From Chrysomallon squamiferum (taxonomy: Eukaryota > Animalia > Mollusca): DNA of 64,000 bases. The notes below the pieces were generated by a model, which was not told the origin of the DNA, did not search any database, and saw only the letters and a list, made by a program, of their open reading frames with translations. Shown here one piece after another: positions 57,256 to 64,000 of this stretch (the stretch's first letter is position 1; each line of letters opens with the position of its first letter). Position numbers and translations under genes: made by a program. The stretch spans positions 6,634,001-6,698,000 of the forward strand of contig CM022665.1 of the NCBI GenBank assembly GCA_012295275.1, in the 5' to 3' direction.

Positions 57256-60200
57256 ATTATGGGAAATAGTTATTATCTATTTGACTGATTATTGAGAACC
57301 ATTTAAGAGACACAATACTCTGTCATTAATTTTTAGATATGAAAGGAAAATTTCTGTATTACTTTCTTATCACTTTAATATTTATCTTTGGGGTTTTATA
57401 TTTTGAGCTGACATTATTGTTAACTATAATTTTATCCCCATAATGAAAAAAGTTAAGAAAACACTTGCTTTACTTTGTCATTTAAACAAACAAACAAAAA
57501 AATATCTATCTTCATTTTTTTCTGTGCTGATATATAATTAAATCACTGTTTGTAAATTAAATAACTGATAAGCTTCTATTTAAAAAATGATTTTGTTTAT
57601 ATAAATAATGTATTTATTCATTCTTTCTTTATCTTAAGAGTTGTCTGTAAATAGAAAACTTTTAATTTATTCTTAAGCAAGATTTTATGGATATTTGTAT
57701 GCATGTACATGTCTGGGCATTATCTGAGTTCGAATATTCATTAACACTGACTGAAATTATATATATACAGATAGATATAGATATATATAAAACAATACAT
57801 AAGCTAATGTCTTCCTTCAAATTCAGTACTTGATTTCAATATTGTAGAGATATGATTTATACCTTCATTTTGTCTTTGATATTAAATTTGATTTAATCGA
57901 GTTTTATTTCAGTTACTGCGACTTAAATGTCTCATTTGTGTTTAATGCACCCTATAGTAGTTGACCGATGACCGACATAATTATCTGTCATCGTGGACAT
58001 GCATGTGTATATGTTATGACTAACTGTTTGCTTTCTATCGTGAAAGACACTTGCTGGTGTCATGTTTATACAATTTAACCCAGATAATTTCTAGTTTTAA
58101 AAAAAAAAAAAGATTACAATTTAAAGCTCATTTAAAATTAAAATATGCAGAGAAAGATTATATTTATCATATCACTATGTTAGTGGTTTGATAGTGGTAT
58201 TCAGTGTTTTCAGCATGATTTCATTCATTACTTGAAAAATTAATCATTAAATAAATAAAAAAAAATTTCAAAATATTTAAAATCAATGCAACCTTAACTG
58301 AATAAATTGCATTCGAAATTGGGGGGGGGGTAAATATCTGATGATTTAATGAATTTTCTTTTTTCTAGAGATGCAACAATTAAATAACAGTTGTAGATTT
58401 ATCATGATTATACAATGTGTTTTTTCCATAACATCTGTCTGTTGTAGTTTTATTTAGAGCTCAGCAAAACGAAGTCATAACATTTGCATATGTTTCATTG
58501 ATCCTTATTCCAACATGGTAGTCTGGAAATTGTAATTTTTATATGAAAAGAAAATTGACATCACAATTGATTAAATAAACCAGGCTTTCCGACTTGCAGG
58601 AATTGAAACCTTAGGGACATTGTCCATTAGTGTGCAAATCAGATTTGAATTGTTATTGGCTTGTTGCAGACTTTGATTAAATGTAATGACAAGGAGAGTG
58701 TCGTTATGTGACTCATGAATAGATACAAAGGATATTTTGTGATATTATTAATTGTTATGCAATACTTTTAGAGGTAATTTTCTGAATATTAATGTTTTCA
58801 GTGACTGGTTTCTGAAAGAGCTAATAACAGACAAAAAGTTCGATTTCATTTTAAAAAACAAAAACTAACAAAAAATGTTTCTCCTTTTCACACCAAATGG
58901 TTTTAGCCTGATGTCTATACAATGTATCATGGAACTTGAATTTTTATGTTATGGGGAGAAAATTGTTTTACAATGGTTGTTTACATATCTCACATTATAC
59001 TTCATAAGTCTAGATAAACACTACCCCAATTTACCAGTGTAATGTGTTTATACCAGTCCTGTCAGTGGCAAATTCTTGTAATTTATATGAATAGGTCTGG
59101 ATTCTCCTAATTTTGGATAATTAGTGGAGTTCATTTTTTTTTTTTTTTAAATAATGATATAGAAATCAGAAATATGTTAAACATTCCAGTATTAAAATTG
59201 ATAGTATTTGCTGAATGATTCATTAAAATAAATGAAAAATATTTGAATAAGAAAATAATGAAGAAAAAAAAAAAAAAAAAAAAAAGAAACAAAAGAAATC
59301 AATTGAACAGTTCTGGTAATATCACCCTCATCCATTAAAGCAATGAGTGCAGAAGATTAGAGAGTACAAATCAATGATGCAGAATGTGGCTGTTGTGTAA
59401 GAATTTTGGGGTGACAAATTGTGATGTAATATTACATTCACTAAGTGGCTCTTGACACTGTATTATCAATGACTGGGTGGGTGTGGAAGACGCAAGTGCG
59501 AAAATTGCTCTTTACACGAACAATACAGCAAAGTAAACTGATCATAAAATAAATTCTGATAAGATAACTGTTACTAAAGAGAGAGACAGTAAAAATTGCT
59601 CGGGAAATTTTTTTTTTTTTTTTTTTTAAATAAGATCATACTGTAGTTCATAATGTGAAAGTAATTTCTTCGTATTTTGTCATAACTTTACTAAAAAGCA
59701 GTTTCAGTTTGAAAATCAAATCAAAAATTATTGTCTGCTGACATAGCTTGATCATGTTTTCTGAGATAAACAAGGTTGATCAGCCAGAAATTAATATTAA
59801 TTAATATTTTGCAATAAATGACTCATTCTGTTTTGTTATCAGCTGCATCTGCTCATCAGCTCATTTTCACTGTTAAATTATAAGCCTGAATCAGTTCACA
59901 GAATTTATATCCCACATACTAAAACTTGCTTAATTTATCTTGTTTTGAACATAATTTCACAAGATATCTGTTGTCATTTTGTGACAGTCATATGACACAG
60001 ATGTCCAGTGTTTGATGCTGTTGTGTAATCTGCAGTAATTGTATGAAGCTGATGCTTTATTAAGCTGACTGTTCATATTCAATCATATCTGTTCTGTTAT
60101 TACTGATTGATGAGTTTCTGCATTACAGTCATGGTGGATTTTTTTGTTGTTGTTGTTACTTGGTAGAGGGGTATTGTTTTGTTGTTTTTTTTTTTTTTTT

Positions 60201-60781
60201 TTATATATTTTATTCTATTTTTCTGTATTTCTTTATTCGGTTAAATTAATTTCTGATTATTATTTACTTCTTTATTTTAATTAAGGATAGTTTTCAAAAA
60301 CATAAAAATTTAGTTAAATTTTATAAGCCAAATAATGAATGAAATGCAATAAAAGATAATAATAATAACATAAAATAACAACTGCAACAATAACAATGAT
60401 TTATATATGTTTTGAGAACCTTAAAGACTCAGACAGAATTTTTTACAAATATATTTATTCTTTTATTTTCAAATGTATTCCCTCATTTTACTTTCCTTAC
60501 GAAGTTTTGAACTTGTAATTAATATCTCATTTTGAAAATGGAAAACAAAAGAAAACAACTGAAAGGGAATTTTTTTTTTTTTGGTCTTTATACATCATCA
60601 TTTTCACATACTAAAAATGCTTGATTAAAATACTTCTTCTTTTCATTTTATTTTAAAATTACAGCTTGGTGATCTTCAGAGTAGCTACAACTCTGCTAAG
60701 AGGTCAGTAGAAGTATACCCATCCCACACCGACAGCAAGGTTTTGTTAAAGCAACTGAAGCACCATTTCACTTTACTGTGA
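41725..60781 (+). CDS. TTC8: Tetratricopeptide repeat protein 8 / Bardet-Biedl syndrome 8 (BBSome), ~501 aa
   Basis: Exons 41725-41826, 43247-43434, 43948-44107, 44668-44802, 45144-45229, 45787-45985, 46285-46424, 51009-51180, 51592-51714, 54024-54107, 60665-60781 (1506 nt). Protein: MDQLFLAFSYFRRRKYQKC..NPYDQAAW..ARPGTSL..RPVSQSGRPLSGFVRPGSQAGRPGTMEQAIKTPRTAHTARPVTSASGRFVRLGTASM..DWWWKVQL..LYNNLGLCCFYAQQYD..LGDLQSSY..QLKHHFTLL. Confidence 0.97.
42409..42858 (-). mobile_element. pogo/Tigger-like DNA transposon, internally deleted (copy A)
   Basis: Begins cagtggtctctgtcaaaaccagattcactttggacc, the reverse complement of the right end of copy B. 42500-42725 matches ~53110-53330 in inverted orientation, and left-end remnants lie near 42825-42858. 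Confidence 0.75.
46140..46164 (+). repeat. (TG)n microsatellite
   Basis: Seen directly. Confidence 0.9.
48872..48918 (-). mobile_element. Short SINE fragment
   Basis: ttcccacagacagagtcacataccaggcttt resembles the SINE body in reverse. Confidence 0.35.
49633..49669 (+). repeat. (CA)n microsatellite
   Basis: Seen directly. Confidence 0.95.
50280..50420 (+). mobile_element. Degenerate SINE remnant followed by (TG)n
   Basis: ttggtttaacaaagaccatg..tataaagat..agtggcagcaggtttc resembles the SINE body. Confidence 0.4.
52161..52400 (+). repeat. Compound (TACA)n/(CA)n/(TATG)n microsatellite
   Basis: Seen directly; it produces the spurious YVCM/HTYI ORFs in the ORF track. Confidence 0.95.
52405..53396 (+). 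mobile_element. pogo/Tigger-like (Tc1/mariner superfamily) transposon deletion derivative with both termini (copy B)
   Basis: Termini cagtggactcagtgaaaac ... gttttgacagagtccacta-TA. A decayed transposase start at 52882 (MAEQPKKWKHIELLLQSKVKLIEE, CENP-B/psq HTH-like) is followed by stops, and a C-terminal MTDFF remnant lies near 53235. It is inserted in a TA-rich microsatellite. Confidence 0.8.
54306..54330 (+). repeat. (TA)n microsatellite
   Basis: Seen directly. Confidence 0.9.
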
Positions 60782-63388
60782 ATGATTTACTACCAACAAA
60801 ACTCATCCTGCCAATTAATACTTTCGTCCAGTCTACAGAGCTAAATGGAACTTTTAAGTGTTTTATATGAACTGAATCTACTACTGTTGCTTGTCTGCCA
60901 GTGTTGAGCCTCCAGTGAATCAGATAAACAGAAGAATGGACTTTTGTTTTACTACCACCATATTATCAAGATGAAAGATATATATATATAATAAATATAT
61001 ATATAATTGCATTCAATGTTTTTTTCTTTTTTTTTTTTTTTTTTGCATAACTCTAAAGTTCAGTTACAAACCACAGATCTTTTATTTAATTTAAAAGATA
61101 TATAATAACTATTAAAAGGTCACTATTATTATTATTTTGCTGTGATATTTTCTGTAGCTTTTCTTTTATGATTATTGTATTGAGAAGAATAAATATAATT
61201 AGAAGCATAAAAGCATTTATTTATAGAAATGTTTTTATCTACAAATCAGTACAAATATCGTACAAAAAACTTTATTTGGTTTCAGCCTAGTATTAAAAAA
61301 ATATATATGTATCAGTTAAATATATATGAATTATGAATGTCGAAATAAATGGAGGCATTTTTTCATTATACTTTTTGTTTACTGTATTATGTATAAACAA
61401 TTGTTATTCTGTGAATAATATGTATTAAGTAACTATTCCATTTGTCCATCCGTCCAGTCTATTTGTTTGTTTTTAATTAAAATGTTGTTTAAAGAAACTA
61501 ATATTTTGAATGTACTTAAATGCACATGTACCTTTGTGATATTCTGAAAAAATTAAAATAGTCAGAAAAAAAAAAAGGAACATTTTGTTTTTATTTTATA
61601 ATAATAATGAGACATATGAAAGTATGAGCAAGCATTACGTCTGAGGGATTCAACATAATTTAATTCTATAAAACCGTCTCACACTCAAACCACCAATGAA
61701 ATTCTTTATTCATTATATCAAAAGTCACAAAGAAACCTGCTGCATGGCCACACAAAACATCCTAGAATAAAGGTAAAAGAAATTCAAGTTCAAAACAGAT
61801 TCAAAAGCAGTAAGCTGGCAGTCATCTATACTTTCTGAAGTTGCTATCATGTACCATTTATAAGTTTATTTATGTTTAATATATTAAAAAGTGTGTTGGA
61901 TGTGAATGTTGGTGGGTTTTCTTTCTTTTGGAATTTGTTTTGGTTTTTTGGTTTTTTCCAGTGGGAGTGTGTTTTTTCAGATAACTATTTCCAGTGAGCT
62001 TTGATAAGTCAGCATGTCTGACTGCTGGACTAATCATGAGATTGATAGGCATCAGTGATAATCAGTGAAAGCAGTTACTGCGAGAGTCTGTTGCCTAAAA
62101 CAATTGAAATTAAATGTCATTTCTAGACCTCACTGTAATTCATTTATAATATGTCTCCTGAAATTTATAAGCTAATCACTATAAAAGCATAAATCTCATA
62201 AATAAATAAAAAATGATAGTCTCTTAGATGAATGAAATTTTAAAGGGAAAAGCAGAGGCCTTGACAAATTATGAAAACATTTATTATTATTATAACATTA
62301 AACAAAAAAAAAAACTCTGTTAATTATATATATCCAATAATATATTTTAAGAAAACACTTTAATAAATATCTTTTTTATTATCTATAGTTGAACCTTGAA
62401 TTTCAGATACTTAAATTCAAGTGCACTTTCTACTCATTAAGTGATGTCATTAAAACATTTACATGTCTTGTTTGAAACAACTTTTTATATGATAATGTTA
62501 AAGAACTGTGGAAAATATGCTAATAGATAATTTTGGGGGATGACAGGGTTGTTATTGTTATTGGGGATGGTAGTGTGCAATTAGGTTTACTTCGGGATTT
62601 CTCTGATTTTGTTTTTCAAACCTTTATTTAACGTTCAGAATTTCAAGTAGATTCCAAAAATTAATTCTTTGAATTATGCACAAATAACTTAAATCATTTT
62701 AATGAACACTTGTCAGAAATGATAGACTGCTGTGATGATTGTGAGAAACTTTTGACTCTCTAGCTTTAAACCATGTTCTGAAGACTTCATTAGGCCACTG
62801 GTGGACACAGTGGACTTACATACAGCACTTAGCCAATTAATGAATCCATGTGCAACACTGATTTCATTAATGTTAACTAAATAATTCTTTCATTCTTGAT
62901 GTAATGGCAAGTGTCAGATATTACCATTGTCTGTAGAGAAGCTTTGGTTAAGAGGAGCTGATTTGCCAGACATTTCAAACAGATAAAAGCATCAGTACCA
63001 GTTTCTTCAAACTTCACCCTAAGTTTCTCCACTGTTTTTACTAAATCTGAGAGAGCAGCTTACCCATTACCCTCTGCCCCCCACCCCTACTTTATCACTG
63101 AGAGTAGAAAAATATTTGTCACATTTCCAGATCAAGGACTTGAGATATATCTATATCTTAAAAAGTCAAATTGGATGCCACTGGGTGAATATTCACTGGT
63201 TAACTTATTTTATTTAAGTTTGCAGAAATGCAGATTTATATTTTCATAGTTATCAATCCCCATTTTATTTCCATTCATTCTTTCCTCACATCTGCCCATG
63301 CAGGTGCACTATAACTTGTTTAATAAAAGGCCATTGTAAATGCTTTCTTGTGCATAAGAAGGTGCACATAAAAAATGCTTTTCTAATA

Positions 63389-63389
<1 letters not shown>

Positions 63390-63429
<40 letters not shown>
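63390..63429 (+). repeat. (AAT)n microsatellite
   Basis: Seen directly. Confidence 0.95.
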
Positions 63430-63867
63430 TGGAATAAAACGAAATTTTATATTTTTTCTTTTGTTACTACTTTAGAATAAAAAAAGAAATTATATTCTGG
63501 GAGGGATAGCAGAGGTCCTCAGTAGATCGAAAATTCCCGAATCTATTCATCTAGAAATAAAAAGGAATTAGCCGAAAAAAAATAATAAATAAATTGGCCG
63601 TATTGTTTGATAAAATTATCCAGCAGTACTGCAAAGAAATTTCATAACATCAAATCAGTATGAATATTTTTCTTTCATCATTTTTATTGATTATGCAGTT
63701 GTCTGATGTATTACATAATCAAGTAATATAAAAAATGTTACGATAGTACTGGTATGAGGAAGACTATTCATTGTGATAAACTATTGTTCATTCTAAACAT
63801 TTACTTTTTCTATATTTTAAACATATTTTTTTATTATTATTATTTTATATGTGATTATATTTCTCTT

Positions 63868-63901
63868 CACACACACACACCCACACACACACACACACAC
63901 A
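63868..63901 (+). repeat. (CA)n microsatellite
   Basis: Seen directly, with one interruption. Confidence 0.9.
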
Positions 63902-64000
63902 AAGAAAAATATAATCATATCCGTAAAATATAATCAAATTAAATGAAACTAAAATCTTCTTTCAAAGTATTTTCATCAATATCTGAAGCCATAAAAACTA

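Overview
This is very AT-rich, intron-dense animal genomic DNA, probably molluscan. The decayed tRNA-derived SINEs resemble families I recall from gastropods, so the taxon is an inference. Manual splicing gives seven protein-coding genes in strictly alternating orientation: the 3' part of TALPID3/KIAA0586 (+), MAP1LC3C-like (-), TAF1A (+), EIF3K (-), TTC9C (+), MUS81 (-) and TTC8/BBS8 (+). They form three head-to-head pairs and three tail-to-tail junctions. The introns hold decayed pogo/Tigger elements, a MER46-like MITE, SINE remnants, a transposon-type Ulp1 protease fossil, and micro- and minisatellites. The main oddities are: a 1-nt frameshift in EIF3K exon 3; an extra ~75-aa globular-looking module inside MUS81; an inverted pair of Tigger copies bracketing an in-frame 1203-nt block of TTC8 exons; CpG-retaining enhancer-like blocks in the long 3' introns of TTC8; and a telomerase-template-like 11-mer in a bidirectional promoter. 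No rRNA, tRNA or CRISPR was seen, and I cannot claim a wholly new biological system from the sequence alone.
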